Shown here piece by piece: positions 25,901 through 37,800 of a stretch of DNA of 64,000 bases; within the stretch, counting starts at the first letter, position 1, and each line of letters starts with the position of its first letter. This stretch comes from Antedon mediterranea. Its lineage: Eukaryota > Animalia > Echinodermata. Below the pieces are notes generated by a model that made no database searches, was not told the origin of the DNA, and worked only from the letters and a program-made list of their open reading frames with translations. The stretch lies in assembly GCF_964355755.1 (NCBI RefSeq), contig NC_092677.1:4424101-4488100 (forward strand). The letters are read 5' to 3'. Made by a program: the position numbers and the translations under genes.

Positions 25901-28900
25901 GGTTGTCAAAAAGCCTGCTTACAGGGCATTCTACAGAAGTACTGCGCATGTGTGGATACAATATTTGCAGAAAAAGCAAGTCGATGTCGTATTTTGGACA
26001 ATGAACAAGGTATATTTGTATTTAATACATTATTGATAAAAGTTCTTTACAATATACAACTATGGAACGCCGTTTACGCAACATTTCGATTATATGAATT
26101 TTAAATGAAATGTTTTGAATGAAATGATGCATTATTATTCATATATCAAGTCAGGCAATTCATTTCGATGTGTTTCATTCTCATATCGCGTCGTCATAAA
26201 ATTCATATAATTAAAATTTTGCATAAACAGCGTTCCATTGATAATAACAATAACAATGTTTTTTAATGAATTTTCTTTGTAGCTTAATACAATCAATCAA
26301 ATAGTATTAGATTATTTAGGCGGTATAGAGTTTCTCTATGCCTCTCTATCTTCAAAATTTCTTTACAACACCAGTGTTTACAACTATTTCGTTTTTCCAA
26401 CTGTGTTTGGTAATTTAAACTATTATCAAATCAATATATTAGGAATTACCTCATAACAATTCATCTTTAATATCACACTCTCAATACACTTGTTTAATTA
26501 TTGCCAACAGGCTACTTTTGTTAATTGTAAAGTTTGTCACGTTTTGTTGTGATTATTACTTGTTAATAATAACTAAAACGTTGATTCGTTTTATAGATCA
26601 TTGGATACACGTCTTTAGTTTACTAGCGGACATTATTACAGCTTAGTGTGAACTTAGAGATCATTACATATCTTTAGTTTACAAGCGGACACTTTTAAAG
26701 CTTAATGCGAACGCACCTTTGTCAGTTATTATGTTAGAGTAAACCACATATTACTGTAGATATTAACGGTTAGTAACATTTCAATTGAAGGGTGAAAGCG
26801 GACATTTAAAGCTTAGTGTGAACGTACTATTTATATTTGTGTCAACAAGTCATTTAGTGTAAATCTTTAATGGTTCAATATTAATTTAAAATGTGAAAGC
26901 GGACATTAGGCCTATATTATTTACCTCCACCAAGGAGGTAAATAATCGATCACGTGTGTTTGTTTTGTTTGTTTGTTTGTTTGTCTGTTTGTTTGTTAGC
27001 AGGATTACTCAAAAAGTAATTACAAGATCTTTACCAAAATGACTATACAGATAGATATGTGGTCAAGGACCATTCCATTGGGACCTTATAGGACCATGGT
27101 CCCAATTCTGGACCATTTTTTGGTATACTTTACAGACCTGCAAGTGTTAAAAGATAGGACAGAATTTTTCAAAAGCCGGCGAGCAGTCTTAAAGTAACAA
27201 GTAAATTGAAATTGCATTTTCTCAAGAACTACTTATTCAAAAAACTTCATTTTTGTACAAGAGGAAAGAGTTATAATTTGTGATTTGTAATTTTAATGTG
27301 CACCTTTTTGGATGCGAGTAGTTTAAAAACTACTACTTTTCAAATTCACCCGTTTGATTTTCGCGTTGCTGTTCTATTTTTAGTCAATTGAAGCTATTGT
27401 TAATTGAAATGCTTGTTACATTACACCAATTTCGCATACACATGCTTGTAGTGAAATTAGCCATAATATAATTTAACTCTATATGAATGTTTAACTCGTT
27501 ATAACTTGCATTGTAGGTGTTTCGTTAGATTGATTGTTCAGGCATAGCAATTGCTATTTTTGCAATTCTTATGTCTTTTTTAAATATTTATATAATTAAA
27601 CATTCTATAACCGAATAAATAAAAAGATTAAAGAAAACATGCTTTCTTAATTTCTAAGTGAAATTAAATTACTCTAAATAATTTCCTCGTGCAATAAACT
27701 ACATTATTTTATTTTTTTAAATAAAATATTTTAGAGCGATGTAGACAGGCGATGAACTATCTCCACCGTGTACAGTTAACAGATTGTGATTGTCGTATTC
27801 CATGTAGGTAAGTATTTACCACATTACACAACAAAATCAAATTATGCGAATTAGTATTCATTCATTTATTAAACAAAATATAATGTAATAATCAATTAAA
27901 TATTCTCAAGCTAATCATAAAAACAAAATCAGTATTAAATTCGCATGTTGTAAAGATAATGTGACGGAAGTGCCAAATTCTTGATTTTAATAAAATACAC
28001 TAAACATACTAAAAAGAAAATAAATACATTAAAAAAAACTATTCATCATGAAAGAACTAATATTTTGAATGTTCCAGAAGATACTACTTAAATATAAATG
28101 TATTTACATTAGGCCTATAATGGATTAAAAATAATAAGAAACGTATTGATTGAAGGACTATAGTTTCAAAACACATTTAATTTGAGAATATAAGTGCTAA
28201 CTTACCATAATTGTAGTAGACACAATATTGAATGGACATTTCTTAAAATGTATATAAATAAGCAATAGTAATTTACTCAATCAAAGAAATTACTAATAGC
28301 TAAGTATAAAGCTGAAATGAATGGTTTTTAAATGCATTTTTTCTAAATCCTTTGTATCTTTCAGTGAAACTGGTTTTGAAAAAAGAATTTCACAGTCATT
28401 GTGGCCGTCGGAAAGCTACGTTGTAAGTTACTTACATTTGTCTATTCGGAATCTACAGTAACGTTGTTCTTCATAACTAAAGCTCTGTTTACACTATCAA
28501 AAATGTGCTCAAATATGGCAGTGATATGCCCAGATATGGCAGTGATATGCCCAGATATGGCAGTGATATGCCCAGATATGGCAGTGATATGACATCATCG
28601 TGTCCATATAGGCACATCACATTTTGTTGTCACATAACGTTTGATAGTGTAGACAGAGCTGAAATATATTATTTGAGCTTTCGTTTTCAATTCAATTCAA
28701 TTCAAATAAACATTTATTTCTTTCATTCGTGTTTGAGTAAAAAACATTATAATTTCTGATATTTTATAAATAAATATTTTTTTTTGTTTGTTTCGGAACG
28801 GTCTTCCTAAAGAATAAACATCAAATCGACAACATACCGATACCGATACCGATACCGATGGGCAGACATGTTAATCTTAATTATATCGTCTCCATCATCT

Positions 28901-29893
28901 TCTGTCTCGAAGCGGTAGCTCGTTATGGATACCTTCCATTACATACTAAGCCTATACTCGCATTTCAAAATCCTAAGAAAAGATGTTATTATATCATCAC
29001 ATTCAGCAACTTTTGTTTATCTTTAGGAAACATTATTAGAAAGTATTTATGCTATCAACCAAAATCATAGAAGTCATCTGTACAACATGGACACAGCGCA
29101 GTAAGTTTCATCAACACATTTTATATCTTTTTTCCCTCCATTTTAAATTCGGTAATATTTTTTTGTGTGTTTGGATAGAATAATGATGACGACTATCAGA
29201 CATTACTTAACTTATTGTGATTTATTTTAGGAAAAATCTTGCTCGTTTAGAGGTTTACTATGAGGACTTATCTTACATACACATATCTGAATCTCCTGCG
29301 TATTCAGTAAGTAAAGTTTAGGTATATTTTGGTTTATTTTATACAGTAATCACTTTTACATACATTTTAATAGGCCACTATTATTACTAATAGATATGCA
29401 TCTCTACTTATAATAATAAAATGACAATTTAATCGAAAAATGTTATTTAAGAAAAGTCTAATTTTATATTGCAATGTGTTTATTTTTATTAATTTTTTGG
29501 TTTTTGACAGGAGCTTATTAATTACAAGCTGTTGTTTCTTTTAGTATCTTTCTCTTTATCTATTTTTTTTTTATTAAACTGAAGTGAAATAAAATGAATT
29601 GGAGGGGTTTATAGAGGAAGAAGTAAAAAACATTCCTGACATTTTGTTTGCGATAGATTATAACATTTTTTCCCAAACAAAAACTCCTTTAAAACAGAAG
29701 AAAGAGATATGATATTTTTTTGTTGTAGTGGGAGAGTCTTTTTGGAGATATTGGCGGAACTCTTGGGCTGTACATTGGCTTATCAATGCTTACCGTGATC
29801 GAGTTCGTTGAGTTCGCTTTCGACATTACGATGTACATTGTAAATAAACTTTGCAGAAGAAACAAAGTTACTGAACTACAAGGTGGTATCTGA
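16928..29893 (+). CDS. DEG/ENaC subunit with 7 LDLa repeats, paralog 2, ~839 aa
   Basis: 18 exons: 16928-17131, 18313-18463, 19020-19136, 19531-19665, 19970-20131, 20493-20708, 21549-21653, 21897-22010, 22849-23176, 24159-24325, 24681-24844, 25171-25272, 25901-26009, 27735-27807, 28365-28422, 29027-29100, 29231-29306, 29729-29893. The total is 2520 nt, all GT-AG, with the same intron phases as paralog 1. Motifs: [23 protein letters not shown], and TM2 [23 protein letters not shown]. Confidence 0.93.
19020..22010 (+). CDS. LDLa cassette (7 modules on exons 3-8) of channel paralog 2
   Basis: [30 protein letters not shown]; [31 protein letters not shown]; [31 protein letters not shown]; [30 protein letters not shown] plus [25 protein letters not shown]; [30 protein letters not shown]; [28 protein letters not shown]. 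Confidence 0.93.
19321..19463. mobile_element. Short MITE family A, degenerate copy
   Basis: Starts aagctccgtctacactat and has the internal atatggtagtgatatg core. Related to copies at 22647, 23527, 28481 and 34410. Confidence 0.7.
22485..22644. mobile_element. Palindromic MITE family B
   Basis: aagccgattttccactaggcgaatttgttcgcgcgaat...attcgcgcgaacaaattcgcctagtggaaaatcggctt. Related ends occur at ~13626 and 41446-41741. Confidence 0.8.
22647..22830. mobile_element. Short MITE family A copy ending ~18 nt upstream of the exon 9 acceptor
   Basis: agctctccctagattatcaaac...gtttgatagtgtagacggagct, with internal tggtagtgatatgccc repeats. Confidence 0.8.
23343..23514. repeat. ~170-bp hairpin with ~80-bp arms, probably a non-autonomous TE
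   Basis: aaataatgaatgttt..tggtacaaataatggcac..gtgaatgatgaaaggttatatcaac, loop tcggctttgcctc, then gttgatataacctttcatcattcac..gtgccattatttgtacca..aaacattcattattt. Confidence 0.85.
23527..23682. mobile_element. Short MITE family A copy
   Basis: aagctctgtctacaccatcaaact...aagtttgatagtgtagacaagtctt. Confidence 0.8.
24395..24520. repeat. 30-bp minisatellite, ~4 copies
   Basis: agaatgtgatatgacgtaagttagaggtcg units. Confidence 0.9.
26918..27190 (+). mobile_element. Helentron/DINE-like non-autonomous element fragment
   Basis: ttacctccaccaaggaggt followed by a (tgtt)n microsatellite and agcaggattactcaaaaagt, matching the layout of HINE/DINE-1-type 5' ends as I recall it. The right boundary is uncertain. 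Confidence 0.55.
28481..28660. mobile_element. Short MITE family A copy with expanded 21-bp internal repeat
   Basis: agctctgtttacactatcaaa...tttgatagtgtagacagagct, with (atatggcagtgatatgcccag) about 4 times. Confidence 0.85.
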
Positions 29894-32800
29894 TCAAACT
29901 TAGTAAATTTTTTTACTAGAGAGGCATTTTTAAATTTCAAGTTGAATTAAGCAAAATTGATGTACTCTTTTTAAACAAATTGTTATTAATATTATAGGCC
30001 AAAGCACATAAATCATGAATGTTTATAATTTTAATAGAGATAACATTTTCATGAGCTGAAATATTGACTTTCTGTTCAGAATATAAATAGTTTTGTAATT
30101 CAACTAATTATTTGTTTAATAACACATCGACTTTTATAGATTAAACTTTTATTCAATTATTCCGCCGCTTTCTTCTATCGAATAGACCACGTTAACGTTC
30201 TAATTTTTTTCCGCGGCAAAGTGGCTCTGTACCGCGGTAGTAGAGGGCGCACTCTACAAGTGTGTTTACTGTTGCGTAACAGTCAGATCTTATCTACCGC
30301 GGCGTTGCACACCATTCATGTTTTTACAATCCGCTGACCAATCATATTGAAATAATACAATACACGTGATACGAAATTAACTATTTACATAGAGGAATTC
30401 ATTTTAAATATGTTATATTAAACATGCACATACAAGTGAATTGTAATGGTGACGACTTATTCTTGACTTTGTCTCTCATTGGTCAGAATATAATAGTATA
30501 AATTAGTCCATACATAGATGTTTACCAGACATCATACATTGTAGACATTAGATTCCGTAAATTTAATATATTATTATTGTTATTTATGAATATAAACTGC
30601 AATGTAATTCATATTATTAGTTCAAAGTATATTACTGCACTTTTACTGCAATAACGTCTGATTTTAATTTGTTTCAATGTAGAGAGGCAGAATTTGCAAT
30701 AAATGTGAATGATCATACAAAATGCTTTTTGTTAAAATTTTTTATAAACAGTTTAAAGAGTAAACAAAATATAGTTACTGCAGTAACTGCAGTGGCATAA
30801 TGCTTACATGGTCTAGAAGAAAGAGGTAAAAGGGCAACAACTTAAGTTTGTCCATTACAACAAATAAAATATTTGATTTGAATGTATATTGATTGATACA
30901 AAATTAAAGTTCGTGTAAATATCACTTTACCAAAGTGACGTGCACGCTTGTATGCTGACAATAATGCCGAGAATAAAGAAGAAAAGTTGGTTCCTTTCAA
31001 TGGATCTCCTCCTATGTTGGTCCATTACGTAACAAATGACATCATTGTATTTTATTTGAATGTATATTAATAACTATATCGACTATAATCAAATTATTGA
31101 TTTATTAAAGTTCGTGTAAATATCACTTAGTTATTCATACTTTTGCTATAATATATAAAGAAAGAATCCACATGTACTGGAAGTAATAAACTGAATATCT
31201 ATAAAAATGTATAAATAATCATGTTAGAAAAACACTATCGCTTTTTGATGAAGAACAACTCTAAAATGTATATATGAAATGTTTTTTTTATTTTGTATCT
31301 ATTATGTTGTGTTTATTGTTTTATGTTTTTTATGTAAAAGGGTCCTGCGAAAACAGAAGTGTAAACTTCTCTATGCAGGATCCTTGCCATCATTTATGCT
31401 ATGAAACTGTATTTATAAACGATGAGTAAATAAATGTGAAAAGTACAAAAGTGACGTGTACAGGTGGTTGAGTGACACTTAATAAATAGTAGGCACACAG
31501 TTTCATTAACTAAAATCTAATTTAACTTTACATGATATCGTCTCGCTTCCCAACCAATCAAAAGAAAGAAAACATCAAGTATAGTATATAGTCTGCTGGT
31601 CGACAAACCGATTTCACATCGTACACGTTAGTCTCACCAGAACCAGTGTTACAATTTATCAGTCGTAATATAACCTAAATATGTGTTTACTATCAAAGGC
31701 ATTGATATTCCAAGTAGGGTTTATCGTTTTGGTAAGCCTGACGTCAATGCAAGCCGTGTCTGTTAGCAAGAATTTGTGAACCTGCAAAACTGAAAGATCT
31801 GTACGGCTGACAACTTCTGACGCGTTTTAACAGAGCAAGAGGCGCGGGAAATTGTTGACCAACACAATGAATACAGAGGGCAGGTGGAACCAGAAGCAGC
31901 TGATATGCGTTATATGGTATGTTTACAAACCTTGCATCCTACCACTACATAACTTGTAGTCCGCAAGTTAAATGAATATACACGCTTTGTATTTAATATA
32001 AACTAAGAAGCTACAGTTAACATAGACAAGAATATTTATAACTTATTGTACGTCTTATAGCGATTAGATACAGTAGCTAATTTTATTTATTTTTATTTTG
32101 ATAATCCTCTCCCAACGAGTTATTTCTATAAGTGTCCTTGGGTAGAGATCCTGTTTAAGCACCTCTATGTTGATTTAACGATTTGTTCTGTTCATCAGTA
32201 TTGTGAATCGTATATCATGTAATAATACCACCAAAATGACGAGTGAGGATCAAAATCAAGGCATTTAATGAAAATGCCGACCGTCTTAAAACAAACATGT
32301 TTCGATAAATCTACTCTATATATATATTCGTAATATTTTTAATATATTCGTGTACAATGCGTCAAAATAAGCGTTACAGTACTTTATGGACAAAAAAATA
32401 TGTTTTCATTGTTTTCCGAATTGCACCCAAATCCTACGATCGAAAGACGAGGCAATCTAAGTATTTTGAAACAAATGGATTCATGTAGTCTACGATTTAA
32501 AGGGTCCTAGATAAAACCGGATGTAAATCTGTCTATTTTTTTTTGCAGTTTGTTAATTCATTGTTTGTTTTTGATTGTTTCTCTGCACACACATATGACA
32601 TTAACATGTGTAGATCGTGCGGTAAGTCAACCAAATATAAAAGAATTCTTATTTCTATAGAAAATCAGACTTGCTTATCATATTACTTGGTTTCATTGGT
32701 GTTATTTGGGCCAATGTAGGCTATGGCTGATAACCACAAGTCTGATCCAAGTATTCACAATACTACAGTAGTCATTTATTGAAGACTTAGGCCTACAATT

Positions 32801-34409
32801 ACAATATTATCTGGTTACACTTGTACTAAGTCTGTATTTGATTTGTCTTTTTTTTTTATGTTTTTTAAGTTTCGATTTCTGTCTGGACTTCAAGTATTAT
32901 ACGTATGAAAGGCCATATTACATATTATGTCTTAAATAGTTATCTTTTTACTAATAAAGTCGAAACACGGTCTAGAATAATATTGGCTGGTATGCGGATA
33001 TGTCGGCGTTCACCGTCAACAACGAAAGAGCTTCCAGAAGAGGAGGAGAAAGAAATGTCGGGCATATGAATGTTCTTTAAGTTAAAAAAATAATTGAAGA
33101 ATTCACTTACTGTTTTATTTTCTTTACCGTTGGGCGTGATCCGGATTTTGTTTGTGGTAAGTTATGCTACATATTATCAGTGTCGGGAAAATAACCCCTT
33201 AAACCGCCTAGCAAAACTCCGAGTTACAAACCACCAGAGTTCATTATTGGACAATTTTTTTCTGATTTGATTTCCCGTAGCGTTATTTGCAGCACTGTTG
33301 CGTTGTCAGTTCCCACTTGTGATTACGCAATGCAGCATTTTGCGTCGATACGTTGCTGCGTTACGTTGCTGCGTTACGTTGCGTTCTAGTGGAAACCACG
33401 CTTTAGTAGTAGTAGCGGATTACTATATCGTTTTCTTATGAAAATAGTAAACACCTAAACGTCGAAATGACATCACATGACTTACCGATTAGGAAAAGAA
33501 ATTATTATTTTATTATTAACATGAGAGTCTCTCGAGACTGTATTTTTATATAATCTCGCTCTTCTGTGAGGATCCTCTATCTGTGTCTATAGATTTTCAA
33601 TCTAAATGATCTTTATCATCTTTTCTTTATATTTTTTATTTTAGATGAGACGTCCTAATATCGAGTTCAAATAATATCAATCCTGTTTCAACTATGGAAT
33701 TAATTACTGAATTAGGTTTAAGATTGCGATATATATTATTTTAGCTTTTAAATAGTTTTAATTCAGTAAAAATTATATGCATGCCATGAAATGTCATGTT
33801 TTAGAGCCTTTAACCAGTTTTAATTCAGTTAACTTATTTTAAACGAATAATTACAGTATAAATTATATGTATGCCATTAAATGTCATGTTTTAGAGCTTT
33901 TAACTAGTTTTAATTCAGTTTACATACATACATCATTACAATAAACAATTATTATGCATGTCAATACGTTTTTGACAATTATGTTTTACTTACTAAAACT
34001 TTGAAAACTAATAATATGATACACAGGTTAACTCGATCAATGAGTTCCATAACTATACGAATCATAATTGTAAACATCGTTAAAAAGAATTAGTATAGTA
34101 AATAAAAAAAATAAATCAATCAATTATATATACGTAAGGAATTCGTTGTCACATGTATTATGTATTATGTGACGCACATGCTGTATTCATTTATGACAAT
34201 GGATACATAATTATTATTTGTGAATATACAGCACTGAATTGGGTGTTATGTTCATAAACAACCTGTGTTAAAACTGTTTCTGGCCAAAATGTGGGATATT
34301 GAGCAAACCCTTAAAATCTAACTAGTAACTTTGTCTTTATTTTGACCGGAGAACCGCCAGACCGAGGCAGAGTAGTACAAATTGTGGATTTAATTCAATC
34401 TGCGTATAA

Positions 34410-34568
34410 AGCTCTGTCTACACTATTAAACTTTATCAAAATGTGATGCGCGCGGCCCATATATAGACATGATGATGTCATATCACTACCATATTTGGGT
34501 ATATCGCTACCATATTTGGGCACATCACACTTCTTTTGTCAAACTGGTTTGATGATATAGACAGAGCT
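34410..34568. mobile_element. Short MITE family A copy (opposite orientation), ~270 bp upstream of the MATE-1 start codon
   Basis: agctctgtctacactattaaac...gtttgatgatatagacagagct, with internal atatcactaccatatttggg. Confidence 0.8.
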
Positions 34569-34834
34569 TAGCAGTTGTTGAAGCATAATATCAAGTATTA
34601 GAAAAATAACAAAGAACTATTCAACATGACATTGCCCTAATTTCTTACACAGAATAGAGTGATTAACATATTTTTGTAGGTCAATTTTTTTCTTTTGAAA
34701 TTTGACCAATAAAAAGAGCCGGTATAGAAATTGTTTAAAAGACCACTTTCCTTTATTGAGTGTATTATTCCAGCGTAGCGTATCGGAGATTATAGTGTAC
34801 CGTACCGTAATTGTCTGTCAATTGAGACGCAATT

Positions 34835-37800
34835 ATGGCACGACAGTTGTATGGTCCTCGATTTGAGCCCCTCACATTTTCATTATTTAAAGATGGAGTT
34901 AAAGATATCCTCAGGAAGGGGAGCGTTTTGGTAAGTTATTTTATTCCTTACTCTTCTGTTTCTATTCCGTTGTCGGCTTCTTCCAGAACTACCGACTACC
35001 TCCTGAACTACCGCCTACCTCCTGAACTACCGCCTACCTCCTGAACTACCGCCTACCTCCTGAACTACCGCCTACCTCCTGAACTACCGCCTACCTCCTG
35101 AACTACAGACGATACAGACATTTTCTACACCATCAGTCTACTTCGTTTTCAGAACTAATACAACTTCGATTGGTTCATGATGTTTTAAGTGAGATACTTA
35201 TGGTCTAAGATGTTTTTCACTTTTCCTGTTCCATATTAAATTAATAATTGTCCTGTCCTTGGCTATGCTAGAAGTAACTGATACAGGGCCGATACGATAG
35301 GTCTTATATTAATAAAATATAAGTACATTTTGTATAGCATCAAGCATTTCTTCACAATCTTTTTATGTGTTTATATTATTATACTTGTTTCGTTCTTTGT
35401 AGGCATTATCCTTTATCCTCGAGTACCTCATGCTAAGCGTATGTGTTTTTTTCTGTAGTCGTTTAGGAAAAAATGAAATGGCTGCCATTACGTTAGCTCA
35501 AGCGGTAAGATATTATTATAACACAGTATAGATTCTATGAGGTTCCAAATTATTATTAAATTACCCATACTTGAAAGAATTTATGTACAATTTTTCCAGT
35601 TAATTAAAAAGTCATCGAAGAAAGAAATTGTATATCATTGAATAACTGTACCTTTTTTTATTTATTTATGCTTGTTTTGTTATAGTTTATATGCGGTATT
35701 TGTGTTGTTCCTGCAGTCGGCCTAATGACCGTGTGCAATACGTACTTTTCTGTTGTAAGTATACAAAAGGGGATCAAAGGAGATCAAAGGAATCTCAAAT
35801 CCGTGACTATTTTTTTAGACCGCACTTTTTTTTCGTATTCCAACATTTTGAATCCTTCAACAAAACGTACATGATTTAAATTTGAGAAAACATGTGAATG
35901 ATCGCAAGTTTGCAGTGTCGATGGAAAATTGATGGTACGGTATCAATTGTTTGCAGTATCATCGGTAATGCAGAAGCACAAAAAAGTAAAACCAACACTT
36001 TAGTTTGACCTTTTTTTATTTGATTATGGATAGGTCAAATATTTTTATCATGCAGATTTTCATAAGAAGGGAACTGGTGCGTTATTTTGTTTTGTATTCG
36101 GTTGAATAGTATTTGTATGGTGAGAATAGAATCAATTGCAACTTAAATTATTTTTTTATGTGGTTTTTAAGATCTAAATGGAATTCAACTCCAAATTCCA
36201 ATTATAGACATACTTTTAAGTTTCATATCACCTTAACAGTTTCAAGCACGTCCTAACTGCTTCCAATCAGCATAACAAAAACACAAAATACGTCCACGAG
36301 AGGATATTTGACGAGAGCTAGTTCATTATTTCTCTCCTTTTTTCTGATAATTTTTCTCTTTTTATCATAATTTACCATAAAACGTACACACAAAAATATT
36401 GAACAAAATATTGTTCACGTAATAACATTATACATTCTTGCAGGGTCACGGAGCAAACCTGGGACGATCACAAGGAATCTATCTTCAAAAGATGGTGTAT
36501 CTATCAATAATTGCGTCACTCCTGTTTTGTGCGATTCTTATAAATATTGAAGAGATTTTGCTCGTATTAATTGACGAACCAGAAATAATGGGGCAAGTAA
36601 AATGTTTTAACAACTTTATAAAGTTGCACATAAGTACAGTCTACTTCAGTGTAAGTTTGGTTCTCACTTGAACTCAACGAAATTTAACCCATCACGACGC
36701 GATGAATTATTCAAACTGTGATTGGTGGACTCACTTGCCTTGCATACGTCATTGCGCCTGCGTCCAAGTGCAAATCAAGCTTAAACAGTTGACATATATT
36801 TAAATTAATTAGTTGGTATCGGATTCAAATCTTTATGAAAGAACACATACAGCTTGTGATTTCGTTATATAACACTTTATTAATATTAGCATTGTTTTAA
36901 TCCTTATTAATTTACAACGTAAATTTAAACTATTTAGTTACAAACCGATTTAAAATGTATTTTGTTTATTTGATCAGGCATGTGGGAGTCTTTATACGGA
37001 CATTCATTCCAGCTACGTTTGTAAGTAGGCTTAAGGCCACATTTCTTGTTTCGCCATAAGCACAAACATGTAACAATTATATTGAAGATACCTTTACCAT
37101 AGGCATACCTTACGTAATGCTACTTTAGTAGGGACATTTCGATTTGCAACGACTTTCGTCGCTTGGACCTAGACATCACCAAAAGAACGTCCACACTTTT
37201 CCACGTGTCGAAAATGAATTGACATGACCTAACTTTTTCTTAGGTCGTCGATCGTCGCAAATCATCGAAAGCTTCTTATTTTGTTGCTTGTAATTTTCAT
37301 TTTAGGCTCAATTAATCGCATTTGGTCTTAGTCGAATACTGCAGTGCAGAGACAGGATCTACATTACAGCAATAGCCGCTGCCGTAACTATAGCCATTGA
37401 TGTATTACTTAACTACATACTAGTGTATGTGTTGTGCATGGGATTCAGGTAAATAATTGGGGTAGCGCGCATTTTCGCAAGTTCGCTATCACTAAATATC
37501 TAATTTAAATATGTATATTACTAAATTCGTTTTCTTTTTTAGGGGATCGGCTATTGCTGTGGTTGTTGCACAATACATCAATTGTATCATATTAATAATA
37601 TATGTATACATGTACGAAGATCTTGAACGTAAGTTTATCGTTTTCCTATAATTTAAAATGAACATGATAGGCCTACAGAGAGCTCTAGTGACTAGTGGCA
37701 ATACCATGACTATTCCAGTCTGGCCAATTTGCATTGTAGGCCTACCTCTTCTACTAGAATACACATTTCAGCAGTACAAGTTTACATTCATTATGTTTTT

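Noticed and set aside
28401-28759. ORFs with GSDMPRY/MAVICPD repeats
   Set aside because: They are translations of the 21-bp internal repeat of a MITE.
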